64,000 nucleotides of DNA from Azolla caroliniana (taxonomy: Eukaryota > Plantae > Polypodiophyta), in NCBI GenBank assembly GCA_043228905.1, contig JBHGNT010000012.1:20522001-20586000 (forward strand), given 5' to 3'. Positions 37,076-50,261 of the stretch are shown here, one piece after another (position 1 is the first letter of the stretch; every line of letters begins with the position of its first letter). Below the pieces are notes generated by a model, which was given only the letters and a program-made list of their open reading frames with translations, was not told the DNA's origin and did no database searches. Position numbers and translations under genes: made by a program.

Positions 37076-40000
37076 TGTGGGGTACGAGTGTTATGTGTGA
37101 AAACAAGAATGGATTTGTAGTCGGTACTGGATAGCAAACAACACGTACAAAAAATAGAATAGGCATGGAGACTTACACACAAATGGAGCTTTAATGGAAA
37201 GCTTCTTATTACTTCGTTCTTTCTCAGAGATACGATACTTTGCTCGTCATCGCTCATTACAGTGTTAGGTATTAGCTTATATACTAAGCCCTAACTTATT
37301 AACGAGTTCACATTCGGACGGATACAATTTGGAAGGAGTCAGCCTTTAATGCCAACAAACTCCCTCGTAAAAGGACAACTCTTTCTTGCATGTACAAGTG
37401 CTTGGGGTTATCTACCCCATAAACCTAGATTACAAATTTAACTAGATCTTATGTTACAAGTCTGTCGGCAAGCAGCCGAATCGGCGGAGGTATAGTATGA
37501 GTGTCGGTCAACTCTTATCTTCTGGTCCTCATTCGGCTTTCTTCTGCTCGGTCGCTTGTCATAGTCCCATCTTCGTCGTTAGCATTTTGAAGCGTTGGTT
37601 TGGGAGTGGCTTCGTCAGGCAATCAATGATGTTCACCTCAGTGTCGATCTTCCGGACTTCAAGTTTCTTCTCGGTCACGAGCTCCTGGATATGATGATAC
37701 TGCACCTCAATATGCTTTGTCTTTGCATGATAGAAAGGATTGTGGATGAGGTGTATTGCGCTTTGTGAGTCGGAATAGATAGTCCGCGTTGGTCGGTCTA
37801 TTCGGTTTGCAGTTCTGAAGTCGGTAGTCAATCAGTGCAGCCAGATCGCTTCCTTCATTGCTATATACTCGGTTTCTATGGTAGACAGAGTTGTGTACTC
37901 TTGAAGTTTCGACCTCCATGATATCGCACCGCCACCATAGGTGAAGATGTAGCCTGATGTCGACTTCCGATTGTCCGTGTTCATGGCATAGTCGGAGTCG
38001 GTGTAGCCTTCAATTTCGGCTGAGATTGTCAGTCCGAAAGTCAGCTGTGCATCCATGGTTCCTCTTAGATACCTAAGGATGTGCTTGACGGCCTCCTAGT
38101 GCTTCTTTCCTAGGTTTGACATGTACCGGCTTACCACCCCTACGACATAGGCTAGGTTGGGTCGGATCGCCACCATTGTATACATGATACTTCCTACTGC
38201 CGATGCATATGGTATCTTTCCATTAAGCTCTCTCTCCTTGTCCATTGTAGGAGAGTCTCTCTCTGATACTATGATCGACGTCTGAAGCGGTGTTGGTGCT
38301 GGCTTCGCGTTCTCCATGTAGAAGTGCTTCAGCACCTTGCGGATGTATTCAGACTGGGAGAGTCGGAGAGTTTTGTTCGTCCGATTTCGCTCTATCCTCA
38401 TGCCCAATATGTGTTGGGCTTGTCCGAGTTCCTTCATCGCGAAGTTTGCATGAAGACTCTGCTTCAGCTTACCGATCTCTGCTTGATTGCTCCCTGCAAT
38501 TAGCATGTCGTCGACGTATAGGATCAGATAGATCCTTGACTTGTCGGCCAGTTGCCGAACATACATGCATGGGTCGGAGTTTGATCTGTTGTATCCAAGC
38601 TGTCGTATGTAGGAGTCAAACTTTTGGTACCACATTCTCGGCGCTTGTTTTAGGCCATATAGACTTTTCTTTAGTCGACATACGAGGTGACTGTCCTCCC
38701 CCGTCGCCGGGAAGCCTGCAGGTTGAGACATGTATATGTCTTCTTCCAGATCTTCGTGTAGGAATGCCATCTTTACGTCCATTTGCTCGAGCTCTAGATC
38801 TTCTGTCGCCACGACTCCTACTAGGAGTCGGACGGTGGTCATCTTGACTACTGGTGAGAATATCTCGTCGTAGTCGATCCCGTATTCCTGTTTGAATCCT
38901 TTCGCGACAAGACAAGCTTTGTACTTGGGTTTCTCTAAGTCGGATACATAATTGTATCGGAACACCCATTTACAAGGTAGCGACTTTCTTCCTGCTGGTT
39001 GTTCGACCAACTCCCATGTTTGATTCTGATGAATCGAGTCCATTTCAGATTTCATGGCCTACGACTATGTTTCGGTGTCCGATGCGGCCATAGCTTCGTC
39101 ATATGTGCGTGGTTCGCCTACATCTGTGTAGTGGACATAGTTGAGGCTCGGTTGATAAAACTCTGTTTGCCTTCGAGCTCGTCTAGATCTCCTAGGTTCC
39201 GTAAGATCTGGTTCGGATTCTTCGATCGGTTCATATATTAGTATTTGTTGAACCAATTGTATCAGGAGTCTTGTTAGGTGTCCCGCCCTCGGTTTGGGAT
39301 TTCGGCTGTGTCTGGTTGTTCTCCCCTATGGTTGTTGTCGACTCGGTTCTGACTGGCCTCTTAGTGACTCTGCCTTTGTCGACTCTTGTCGATTCGGCTG
39401 TGTCTTTGATTGCTTGATCTTTGAGTTCGACGTTAGGACTTTTTTCCGATTCGGTGTAGGCAAGGAAGTTGGCAGTTTGTTGGAGTTCGACTATTTGTCG
39501 AGTCTCTGATTCGGCCTGTTGGGTCGGTCCTTCTATGACAGTGCTGTCATCTTTGAAGGATACCTTCTTACCAACTGTTTTATGTTGGTTCCGTTGAGTG
39601 AAGATAGAGTCTTCATTGAAGACTACGTCACTACTTTGGATCAATTTCCGGTTCTTAGGGTCCCATTGCCGGTAGCCGAAGTCCCCATCGGTTCCATAAC
39701 CGAGAAATATGCCCTTTGTTGCATGGGGTGCCAACTTCGTCCTTTTGTTCCTGGGGATGAACGCGTAGGCTTCGCATCCGAATATACAGAGCCTATTGTA
39801 GGTCGGTTGTTTGCCTGACCATAGTGCTTATGGCACTTCGAGCATGATTGCTCTTGACGGCACCAGATTTATCAGGTACAATGTCATTTGCAATGCCTCG
39901 GCCCAGAATTCTAGCTTTAGTCCGGCTTGCTAGAGCATTGCTGTCACCCTCTCCTGGATCGTTCGGTTGATCCATTCAGCCACCCCATTCTGCATGGGTG

Positions 40001-42217
40001 TGTAAGGAACGGTCTTTTGATGCCGGATTCCTTTTTCAGACAGGTATTGTTTGAAGGCTCTGGAGCTGTACTCACCTCCGTTGTTGGATCGGAGTGTCTT
40101 CACTTTGTGTCCTGACCGGTTCTCCACTTCAGATATCCATCAAGTGAAGACCTCGAGCGCTTCATCTTTGGACTTGATGGAGTATGCCCAAAATTTCTGT
40201 GTACAGTCATCTATGAATGTGATGAAGTATCGGGAGCCTCCTAGTGATCGCTCTAGCATGGGCCCACATATGTTTGTGTGCACGAGCTCTAGGGGTTGTC
40301 GTACCGTCTCGTAGTGGAGAGAGTGTGGACTTCGGGTCTGTTTCCCATATTGACAATCGACAATGCTTGTAGAAGTCCGTCTTTGCCTGGAGTTTCGGAA
40401 TGTAGCCGATCAACATCAGTCGATCAAGTCCGGCTTGAGACATGTGGCCAAGTCGGCCATGCCATAAGTTCGGGTCGGTTTTCTCGGCTACGTTCATGGC
40501 CCCTTCAGGGTTGATCTCCATCAATGGGTATAGATTATTATACGTATGCGCACTATCGATTTTGAGATTTCCTCGGCTGATCACCCATGTCGACTCGTGT
40601 AGAGTCGTTCGATACTCGTCTTCGGCTAACATGCCGATGGAGACCAGACTCCTCTTTAGATCGGGTACATGCCGAGCTCGGTGCAGGGTTATTGTGTTGC
40701 CATTTGGCAATCTGATGGGAACCTCCCCGGTTTCGGCTATCTTGCACTCTTGCCCATTTCCCATTCGGACTATGCCACTGGTGTTGGATGAATAGTTCGA
40801 GAACCATTCATCGTTGGGGGTCACATGAAATGTTGCACCAGAGTCTAGTAGCCACGTGTGTGCAACTTGTGCATTGTAGAGGACTTCTTGGATCATCGAA
40901 TCCTCTAGGGAGAGGATTTCTCCGGATCGGGTGTCGGCAACGTTGATCTAGTTGCTGACGGGAGAGTGGTCCAAGTCGGAATGTCCCCGATTCCGCTCGG
41001 ATCGCCGACCACTCTCTTTTCCTTTTGATGACCAGCAGTTAGAAACATTGTGGCCAGCTTTCATGCAGTGTGTGTAGTACTCACTTGATCGGCCCGTTTT
41101 CGACTTCCATTGTTGTCGGTCTCCCCTTGTTTTTGATCGGTTGTGGCGTCGACCAATTCTGTTGGCTTGTTCTTTCGTTCGACTCTGTCGGTCGAACGAC
41201 TCGGTCGAGTGATGGGCTTCTGCCAACTCATCGATGGTTAGTCCCATTGATTTTCGCCTGATGTCCTCTGTGAGGACTTGGCCGGTTGTTTCGTCCAGAT
41301 TTAGGATCGGGCGGCTATTGATGTAAGTCGTACAGAATACCTCCCAGCTCGCGGGCAAGCTCGATAGGAGGACAAGGGTTTCCACTTCTTCTTCGAAGTT
41401 GATCCCTTGTGACGAGAGCTCTAACAACACCCGATTGAAGGTGTTGATGTGGGAGGTTGCTGGATCAGTCTCTTTCATCTTCATGTTGAACAATTGTTTG
41501 ATCAAGATCAGTTTCAAAGATGAAGACTTCTTCTCATAGACGGCTTGTAGCTTCTCCCACAATGAGAACGTTGTCGTCTCTTTCGCCATGCTGAAATAAA
41601 CGTTTTTGGCCTGATGCATTCAGATGGTGGAGAGTGTGATTCCGTCCGTTGATCTCCACTCCTTGGTTGTCATTGAAGCAGGTTTTTCGCTGTGCCGAAT
41701 GGCTTTGACATGTCTTCAAATGATCAACACATCCTGCATCATCTCCTTCCTCAAGGCAAAGTTTTTGCCGTCGAATATTCTGATGTCAACTCTTGTTCCA
41801 GATGTTGAAGCCATATTCTGTTTGTGAACTTGAGATTTCTTGTTAGGAACCGGATGAGGAATACCCGGCTATGGAAGACCTGGTGAGAACCGGATGAGGA
41901 GTACCCGGCTACGGAGAATCGGATGACGAGTACCCGGCAAGAGCCGGATGGTGAAGACCCGGTGAGAACCGGATGAGGAATACTCGGCAATGGAGAACCG
42001 GATGACGAGTGCCCGGCAAGTGCCGGATGATGAAGGCCCGATGAGAAGTGCTCACCGGATGAAGGGACATATTCGTAAATATGTTTTCCTGAGAAGCCAT
42101 AAGGGCTATATTTGTAAATAGCCGAAAAGTCATATTAGTATAAATATGACTTAGGGCAAACTTAGAAGTGTGGTTGTCATTCTTGTTGGCGCAAGTCTAG
42201 AGAGCGCGTAACAGTGT

Positions 42218-42254
<37 letters not shown>

Positions 42255-42891
42255 GAGGTTGTTGCCTCTGTTGTAACTGCCGCCTGTGGCGAAGATAGCA
42301 AGCTCGAGGTCGTGGCCTCGGTGCTTTCTTATTTGTACATTCTGACATAGTGATAGTTTGCGGTTTGTGGGCTGCCGTGGTTTTTCCCGAGTTTGGGTTT
42401 TCCACGTAAACATCTTGTGTACTCTTCTCTCTATCGTGTTGTGCTTTCATTCCCTGTTTTCTGTGTTTGAATTTTTTTTGACTCGGTTGTGGCCGAGCGT
42501 TGTTCATCGGGAGCGTGTAGTTCCTGGCATTTCTGACCTGGTCTTTTCTTTCAACTTCTTTTATTGTCTGTTGTCACCGAACAACAAAAGGTTTTGCTTT
42601 GATACCAGTTGTGGGGTACGAGTGCTATGTGCGAAAACGTGTATGGATCTATAGTCAGTACTAGACAACAAACAACACATACCGAAAATAGAATAGGTGT
42701 GGAGACTTACACATAGATGGAGCTTTAATGGAAAGCTTCTTATTACTTCGTTCTTTCTCAGAGATATGATACTCTGCTCGTCATCGCTCAGTACAGTGTT
42801 AGGTATTAGCTGATATACTAAGCCCTAATTTATTAACAAGTTCACACTCGGACGGATACAATTGGGAAGCAGTCGGCCTTTTATGCCAACA
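37076..42891 (-). mobile_element. Full-length degenerate Ty1/Copia element with both LTRs and TSD
   Basis: LTRs 37076-37357 and 42610-42891, TSD TTTTG, PBS TGGTATCAAAGC (42596-42607), PPT next to 37357. Gag 40948-41815, PR (WLLDSGATFH), INT, RT 38096-39055 (YVDD) and RH, with stops and frameshifts. Confidence 0.94.
41841..42529 (+). mobile_element. Copia solo LTR inserted in the leader of the host Copia
   Basis: TGTTAGG...GGCA with TSD TTTCT. Internal CCGGATGA repeats. Shares TATTTGTAAATAGCC and GGGTTTTCCAC motifs with the LTRs at 36416, 44150 and 57668. Confidence 0.88.
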
Positions 42892-42896
42892 TTTTG

Positions 42897-43333
42897 TAAT
42901 GACCTTCCCTCCTTGGACTATAAAAGGAGAGGAAGGGGCATTTATTAGGGGTCACCATTTTGTTGTTTTGGGGTCGACCATTAGGGTTTTCATACTTCTT
43001 CTTTTTCTCCCCATTCCGTTTTAGGGTTTCGTTCGGTCATCATAGTAGTAGTTAGGAAGGTTTAGGGTTTTCCTTCTCTCTCTATAGTCCTATTATTGTT
43101 TCCCCCTAGTTTTGCTTGAGTCTGCCTAAACAACCGCGGTTGTAAATCATATTGTGGCTTTATGCATTATACTAGAATTTGTTTGTTTGTCGTGTTAATC
43201 TTTTCCACATTGTTCCCACCCTTTCGTGCTTAGAACCCTATAAGGGTTAAGCTCTCATTCCCCCTTTTATTCTAGAGTTTGAGACCCTAGTGCTCCCGCC
43301 CAAGACAACACATACGTGCGGATTTCCACGACA
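42897..43333 (+). mobile_element. 3' part of a Gypsy LTR split by the Copia insertion (5' part ~36925-37075)
   Basis: The rejoined sequence (...CACTTTTG|TAATGACCTTCCCTCCTTG..CTATAAAAGGAGAG) is similar to the LTR at 50262-50887. Ends CACGACA. Confidence 0.75.
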
Positions 43334-44690
43334 ATGTGACAAAAGTGCTCGAGAGGTTCAACATGGAAAGCGCAAAGCTAGTCGGCTCGACACTACCGAC
43401 CAACAAGAAGTTATCCGGGAAACAATGTCCGAAGACGAAGACAGAGAAGGTTGAGATGAGTAAGGTCCCATATGCCTCATCAGTCGGAAGCTTGATGTAT
43501 GCGATGGTTTGCACCAAGCAAGACATCGGATATGATGTCGAAGTCGTCGCCAAGTATAGGAGCAATCCGGGTAGAGAGCTTTGGGCTATAGTGAAGTGGA
43601 TTCTCCGGTACCTAAGAGGCACCTTGAGCATGTGCCTCTGATTTGGCTCAGGTAACCCTTTGTTAGAAGGTTTTACGGATTCAGATATGTTGGTTGATGT
43701 GGATACCATTCGGTCCATGTCCATATATTTCATGACTTATGTAGGGGGAGCCGTCTCATGGTAATCGAGGCTGCAGAAGGCCGTGGCGTTGTCAACCACA
43801 GAAGCGGAGTATATAGCTGTAATGGAAGCCAACAAAGAAATAATTTGGAAGAAGGAGTTCATTCGAGAGTTGGGAATTCGGCAAGGGGAATTCCGACTCT
43901 ACTACGACAACCAAAGTGCCTTCTACCTTGCGAAGAATGTTGCCTACCCCTCAAGGACCAATCACATCTAGAGGAGATACCATTCGCTCTGGTAGAGGGT
44001 AGAAGAGAAGGATTTTGCTTTGATGAATATCCATACAATAGAGAATAGATTGGACATGTTGATGAAGGTGCTAATAGTAGAGAACCTAGATGCATGTAGG
44101 AAACGAGCCGGATTGATGAACCACCCCATTCCGATGTGAAGGGGGAGATTGTTAGGAAACAAGTCCCTCTAGATGAGAAGTAAGCACGAGTCAGACCGGA
44201 TGGAGGAGTGCGAGCCAAATCAGATAGATCCGAAGTAGAAGGGAAATCGGGTCTGGGTCTGGAGCCGGTTCGGATCTGGATGAAGCATCCGGAAATGGCC
44301 ATATTTGTAAATAGGTTTTGTCACGCCTATTTAGGCCACATTTGTAAATAGCCCATAGTATGTACTAGTATACATACATCTAGGGAAAATCATTAGCATA
44401 GTGGTTGTCATTTATAACTAGTTGAGAGAGAGTGAGAGAGAGTGTGTGTGTCACTCTTCCATATCCATTGGTTTGTCGAAGAGTACTCAAGGTAGTTTCC
44501 TTGTAGCTTCTTGTTGTATACCTTTCTCATATAGTGATTTTGTTTGGAGTTTGTGGACTCCCGTGGTTTTTTCTTTTCTAGGTTTTCCACGAAAAATATT
44601 TGTGTCTCTGTACTCTGTATTCATCTTCTATCATTTCCGCAACCCTCATCCACGCATGTGTATCAGTTGGATGTGGCCGATAGCTTCCTT
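43334..44690 (+). mobile_element. Truncated Copia 3' end (RT end, RNase H, LTR)
   Basis: VTKVLERFNM, ALSTTEAEY. PPT GTGAAGGGGGAG, LTR from 44150. End is approximate. Confidence 0.85.
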
Positions 44691-44699
44691 TTTTACCGT

Positions 44700-45610
44700 T
44701 AACTATCAATCCAATTCCATTTGCCAATTTCAATGGCCAATCACAAATTTAGGTGCCTTTGTGCTGATTTTCAAGGATGATCCTACTTTGAGTGACTACA
44801 ACATCGAGAGGGACAGATCCGACTGGTCTTCCCGAATGATGTTGAGCCAAATGAAACATAGATGGAGTTGTTCTTGGGGTGGACTTTGTTTCAGGTGGTT
44901 ACCGCAAGTAAGTGAACATTGTCGGATGACCTATTTGATTGTTGCCTAGAACTAGATGAAGCACAAGTATTGCCTATTCAATGAAAGAGTCTCAGTCCGA
45001 GTGGCTACAATCACAAAATGCAAAGTATAGCCGACCGTCTTCTTTTGACAATGATTTAGAACAGTGGAGTGCAAACTTTTTAGGTGTTTCTCTTTGTGGA
45101 AGGTGATCTTGTAGGGAGTTACCGGCTAAAGGATTTCAGTCAAGCTGAAATCTTAGAATCTATTATACCATAATGTAGTTGACAGAAAAATCTTCAAAGA
45201 ATACCAAGGAAAAGCAACTAGTTGTAGAATCAAAACACCAAGCTCTAATACCCAATGTTGGAACCAATCATCAAGATGCGGAAAAAAACCAACACTCTTT
45301 GAGATGAAGATCTTCAGATGATACGAAGTAACAGATTGATAACAATAGCGAACTAAATCATAAGACAAGATCTTCAAGAAAGACAGAGAGAAGAACACCA
45401 AAGTAGGCACAAAATAATGTAATTGTATTATCACTCTCAAAGTTACAATGGCACAATGTCAGTTTAAATACCAACTGACTTAGGGCAACTGCCCTTTCCA
45501 CTATTTACATAAATGGCCTAAAACCTAGTATGCCCAAATAGGATAGTGTGAATACGTCCATTAAAAAACCTATATTCGACAATTTCCCCATAAGCCAAGC
45601 AAGAAATTTT
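44700..45610 (-). mobile_element. Old Copia 5' fragment (LTR, PBS, gag remnant)
   Basis: PBS-like GGGTATTAGAGC at ~45242-45253 on minus, adjacent to an LTR edge (TGTTGG at 45255 on plus). Confidence 0.5.
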
Positions 45611-46090
45611 GTCTTCCGACTCATGGAACTCGTCGTAAAAAAGAGGGGGATAATGTCATGAAAACATACACTTTGGCTTACAAGGATTTGAACCCACAAC
45701 TTCGTGGTCTATGTGTTTACTTTAACCATTATAATAACATATATGATGTATAATTATAAATTTGTATTATTAATTACAAGATATTTAGAGTATTCACAAA
45801 CATTCTAGACTTTTCCATGATTATATTAAATATCATAAATATCTAAAATATTCTAGAACATTTTAGAATAGTCCTTAAGGACCTATAAATAAGTGTTTAT
45901 TCATTCATCACAACTCATTTGGTTCAACACCAGTCTTCACCCTTTATTGTACTCTTTGTAACCCTTGTTCTCTTACAATATAAACTCCTTCATGTTTCTT
46001 TCTCTTTGTCTCTACCTTCAATCATCATCTTTCTTCTATTCTCTTCCTCTCCTACTCTCAAGTCACAACACCCGAAAACTAGAGGTGAAT
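45610..46090 (+). mobile_element. 3' end and partial LTR of a second chromovirus-like element
   Basis: ACTCGTCG..AAAGAGGGGGATAA|TGTCATGA at 45654 parallels 2680-2717. Shares TTGGTTCAAC.CCAGTCTT with LTR 2710-3145. Confidence 0.75.
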
Positions 46091-46109
46091 GGACAAGGTC
46101 TCTTTGATG

Positions 46110-48152
46110 GTGGTTTATTATGAACTTTCATTCGCATAAGATAGTGTTTTAAAATGATAGGTTCTTTGCTACGATAAAGCGATCCTGGTGGTCCCTAAAG
46201 GATAATTTGCAACAAGTTTGGCCCACTTCGATGGATGAATGGTTACATTAACCCTAGGTTTGGACTCCTTTATTCCTAGATGACGAAGGATCTATGTTGG
46301 GGAGGAGAGTTAGATTAAATTGGGCTCAAGTGGAATCATCTTTTGCCTCATCTCTTAGTAAGTGGCAACGCTTTGTTCACAATCGTACTAATATTATTCA
46401 ACAGGAGTATAGAGGAATAAGAGGAGGAAAGATGATAGTTGATGAGTTAAGGATGTTGCAATTACCCTTGGAGGATAATATATGTTCTAATGGTCATAAG
46501 TGGGTGGGAATATTTTCAAATTTTCAAAATTTACTTGGAATCCGTGGCCTTAGAGATAAGGATACTTTCTTAAGTTATGATGTTCTACAAGATGGACGAT
46601 TAGGGTTGATCCCCCTAGAAGATGAATGTCTGGTTGAGGCCATATTAAAACCTATTAGAATTCTAGCTGAGGTCGATAAGATTTGGATCCTTTACCCTAA
46701 TCCTAATGTTGTTCATCCATGGTGGGATCTATGGGTAGTGGGCAAAAAACCATTATGCGAATTGGAAAGGGTTATCTACATCATATTCTGGGGAGGATGT
46801 TAGGCCGATTCCGTTTTTTCAATACTTGGTTTGATTGGGAAGGGAGATGTTACGACGTAGGGTACCTCATTGGCCGATAGTAGCTACAACATGGTTGAGT
46901 TATAATAATGATCCTACTTGCATGAATTTTTTTTGGAAATGGCTATGGGTTATGCAAATTTCAAAGAAGATTATTCTATTTAGATGGTTGATTGATCATT
47001 ATGCGGTTCCTATCAGGTAACAATCGGCAATGGTTCAGTTTGAACCGAACCAAACCACGAAACCACAACTTAATGATTAAAATGGTTTGGTTGAGGTTCA
47101 TGTTTTTTTAAACGGTTCGGTTTCGGTTTGGTTTCAACCATTAGAAACCATATAAACGGTTTTTTATTTTTTTAAATTTTTAAAAATAAAAATAAAATTG
47201 TTTTTAAATAATCTTTTCATTTTTAGACCTTATTCTCACATTTTAGAAATATCTTTAAATTTTAAAAAATTTCAAATAATGAAATATTTTAAATTTTAAA
47301 TTTTAAACTTTGACCTAAGTTTAAAACCGAAACCAAACCACGAAACTGCGGTTTTTATGTTTTAATGGTTTAACGGTTTGAAAGTTTTTATGGTTCAGTT
47401 TGGTTTAGGTTTCAAAAATTTTAAACGGTTCGGTTTTGATCCTCTCAAACTGAACCAAACCGTTGCCAATTGTTACTGTCAAGGTTTGGATATATTGTAA
47501 GGATATGGATAAGATGTGTGATTTTTGTGGATTAGAGATGGAGTCTCTTCATCATCTATTATGGTCATGTATGGTTGCTAAATTGGTTTGGAAAAGGATA
47601 TTACGTCTCTTGCATGAGGTATATGGCTCTAGAGTATATAAATGGGGGGAAGTGATGTGGGCTGATATTAAGGGTGAGGTACAAGATTATGAACAAGAAA
47701 AGGTTACCTTTGCATTACATACAAGAGGTGGATATGTTGATAAGTGTCGTCATGTATGCTTATTAATTTAGTATAGAATGGGGTGGTTTGGGAGACGATT
47801 AGTTCAATAACATTATGGGTTTTGTGGACTGGTAGATGTCGAAGGATATTTCAACAAATTCAATGGAATGGTGTGGATGTAGTCAAGGAGATTGGCTGAC
47901 CTTGACGCATACATTAAAAGGAGAATATGATGCTATCAAGGGTGATTTAGATGTAGTCTCTTGAATGCAAGAGGTTTTTAAGAAGAGATTGGAAAGGATG
48001 AATGTATTCTGCATGGTTAATTGGTGTATACATTGGAGGTATCGATCACCTCTCTAGGTATTTCCTCCACTGATATGAGGCAATCTTAGTGCTGCTTTGG
48101 GAGTTATGTAAGCCAATGGCAGTCTATGAGTAGTTAAAAAGAAAGAAATAAA
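46110..48152 (+). mobile_element. L1-type LINE 3' remnant (zf-RVT region)
   Basis: FWKWLWVMQISKKIILFRW...CDFCGLEMESLHHLLWSC.VAKLVW zinc-finger motif. A-rich end at ~48135-48150. Confidence 0.8.
47018..47475. mobile_element. hAT-type MITE inserted in the LINE
   Basis: TIRs TAACAATCGGCAATGGTT / AACCGTTGCCAATTGTTA, 8-bp TSD CTATCAGG/CTGTCAAG (6 of 8 match). Splits the zf-RVT coding region. Confidence 0.88.
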
Positions 48153-48154
48153 TG

Positions 48155-48638
48155 AGATTTTGTTAAATCTCAAGGCTTGTGCCAAGAAAAACCTTCGAGA
48201 AAATATCTTTAATAAGTTCATGGGATGAAATGTTGTAGCTTGGAATGCACTTATTTCTAGGTATGCACAACTTGGTCTTGGATAGGAAGTAATGAATTGT
48301 ATCCAACTCATGAAATTAGAAATGATTTCTCCAAATGTTGTGACATTTACTAGTGCTTTGAAAGCATATTGCGGCAACAAAGTAGCTATAACTGATGTTT
48401 CTAAACTACACAATGAAATTCTTCAGAAGGGATTTGATAGAGATCTTTATGTCAAAATCACTTTAGTTGATGTATATAGCAAAAGTGGCTTGTCAATAGA
48501 GGAAAAAAAGTATTTCATACGCTTCTGGTTCGAGATATTGTATCATGGATGAGATTGGCTACAGGATATGCAGAACATGGACTTGTGGAAGGACCGTTGA
48601 CATGCTTTTCTGAAATGCAATCGGATGGAATTTGCTCG
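48155..48638 (+). pseudogene. PLS-class PPR pseudogene fragment
   Basis: NVVAWNALISRYAQLG..E...MKLEMISPNVVTFTSALKA..LHNEILQKGFDRDLYV..TLVDVYSKSG with in-frame stops. Confidence 0.82.
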
Positions 48639-50261
48639 TGTTGGCATAACGAGCCGACTCCTTCTACTTTGTATCCTAGTGTGAAGACATCCAAAGAGTT
48701 AGGGCTTAATATATAAGTGATAACATACCATTGTAATCAGGTGCGACTTTGATCATTCTTGTAATAATACATTGAGTCTCTAAGAGTGAGACAACAGAAA
48801 TAGAGAAAGCTTCCATTTGAGCTCGAACTGTGTCCACGGTTCAATCATATTCTACGCAACATTCTTTGTGTTGTTTGTTGTGCACATTCACCGAAAGGTT
48901 CTCACTTGCTTTTGTGCATTATTTCCCACAAATAGTATCAGAGTGACTTGTTGTTTGGCGGCAACAAAAGAAGTAGAGAAAGTTGAAAAAGAAGATAAGG
49001 TAAACAAAAATCTCACTTTCAAAAAAAGAATATGGCCTCAACATCTGGAACAGGAGTTGAAACCCGAAAGTTCGATGGCAAATTTTTTGCCTTGTTGAAG
49101 GAGATGATGTAGGATGTGTTGATCATCAGGAGACAAATTGAAGCTATTCGACATAGCGAAAAACCAACTATGATGTCAGCACGCGCTCCACCATCCGAAT
49201 GCATCTGGCCGAGAATGTTTATTTTAGCATGGGCAAGGAGACAACAACTTTCTCGTTCTGGGAGAAGTTGCAAGCAATGTACAAAAAGAAGTCCTCCTCG
49301 TCGAAACTTATATTGATTCGATAACTATTTAATATGAAGATGAGAGAGTCGGATCCTGCAACCTCCCACATCAACACCTTCAACAGGGTGTTTTCTGAAC
49401 TCTCCTCCAAAAGGATTAATTTCAAAGACGAGGTTAAAGCCCTTGCCCTCCTATTGAGCTTGCCGGCGAATTGGGAGCTATTCTGCATGACATTCGCCAA
49501 TAGCCGTCCGATCTTCAATCTAGATGAGACGATCTGCCTCACCGAGGACATTCGGCGAAAATCGATGGGACTCACCATCGACGAATTGGAGAAGCCCACC
49601 ACTCGACTGAGAGGATCAACCGACCGAGTAGATCGAGAAAACAAGGTGACAAAATCGGTCAAAATCATAGTCGATCGAGAACAAGGGGAGACTGACAACG
49701 GTCAAAGTCGAGAACGAGCCAATCATGCAAATTCTACACCCACTGTAGAAAATCCAGTCACAATGTTTCCGACTGCTAGTCGATCAAGAGGAAAGAGAGT
49801 GGACGGAGATCCGAGCAGAATCAAGGATGATCCGACTCGAATCACTCTCTAGTTCGCAACCAAGTCAATGTTGTCAACACCCGATCGGGAGAAATCCTCT
49901 CCTTAGAGGACTCGATGATCGGAGACGTCCTCTACAGTGCGCAAGACGTGCACACGTGGTTGTTAGATTCTAGCGTCACATTCCATGTGACCCCGAACAT
50001 CGAATGGTTTTCGAAATATTCAGCTGAAGCCAATGACACAATCCGACTCGACAACGGGCATGAGTGCATAATTGTAGAGTTCGGAGAGGTCCCCATCCGA
50101 CTACCAAATGGCAACATGATCACCTTGCACCAAGTTCAGCATGTACCCGATTTGAAAAGGAGTATGGTCTCCATCAACGTGTTAGCCGAAGATGGGTACC
50201 AAACGACTCTAAATGTGTCAACATGGATGATCTGCCAAGGAAATCTAAGAATTGGAAGCGG
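48639..50261 (+). mobile_element. Copia 5' portion (LTR, PBS, gag, PR), same family as 37076-42891
   Basis: LTR 48639-48930 (TGTTGGCATAA..CA), degenerate Met PBS, gag MASTSGTGV, PR WLLDSSVTFH. Interrupted at 50262. Confidence 0.88.
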
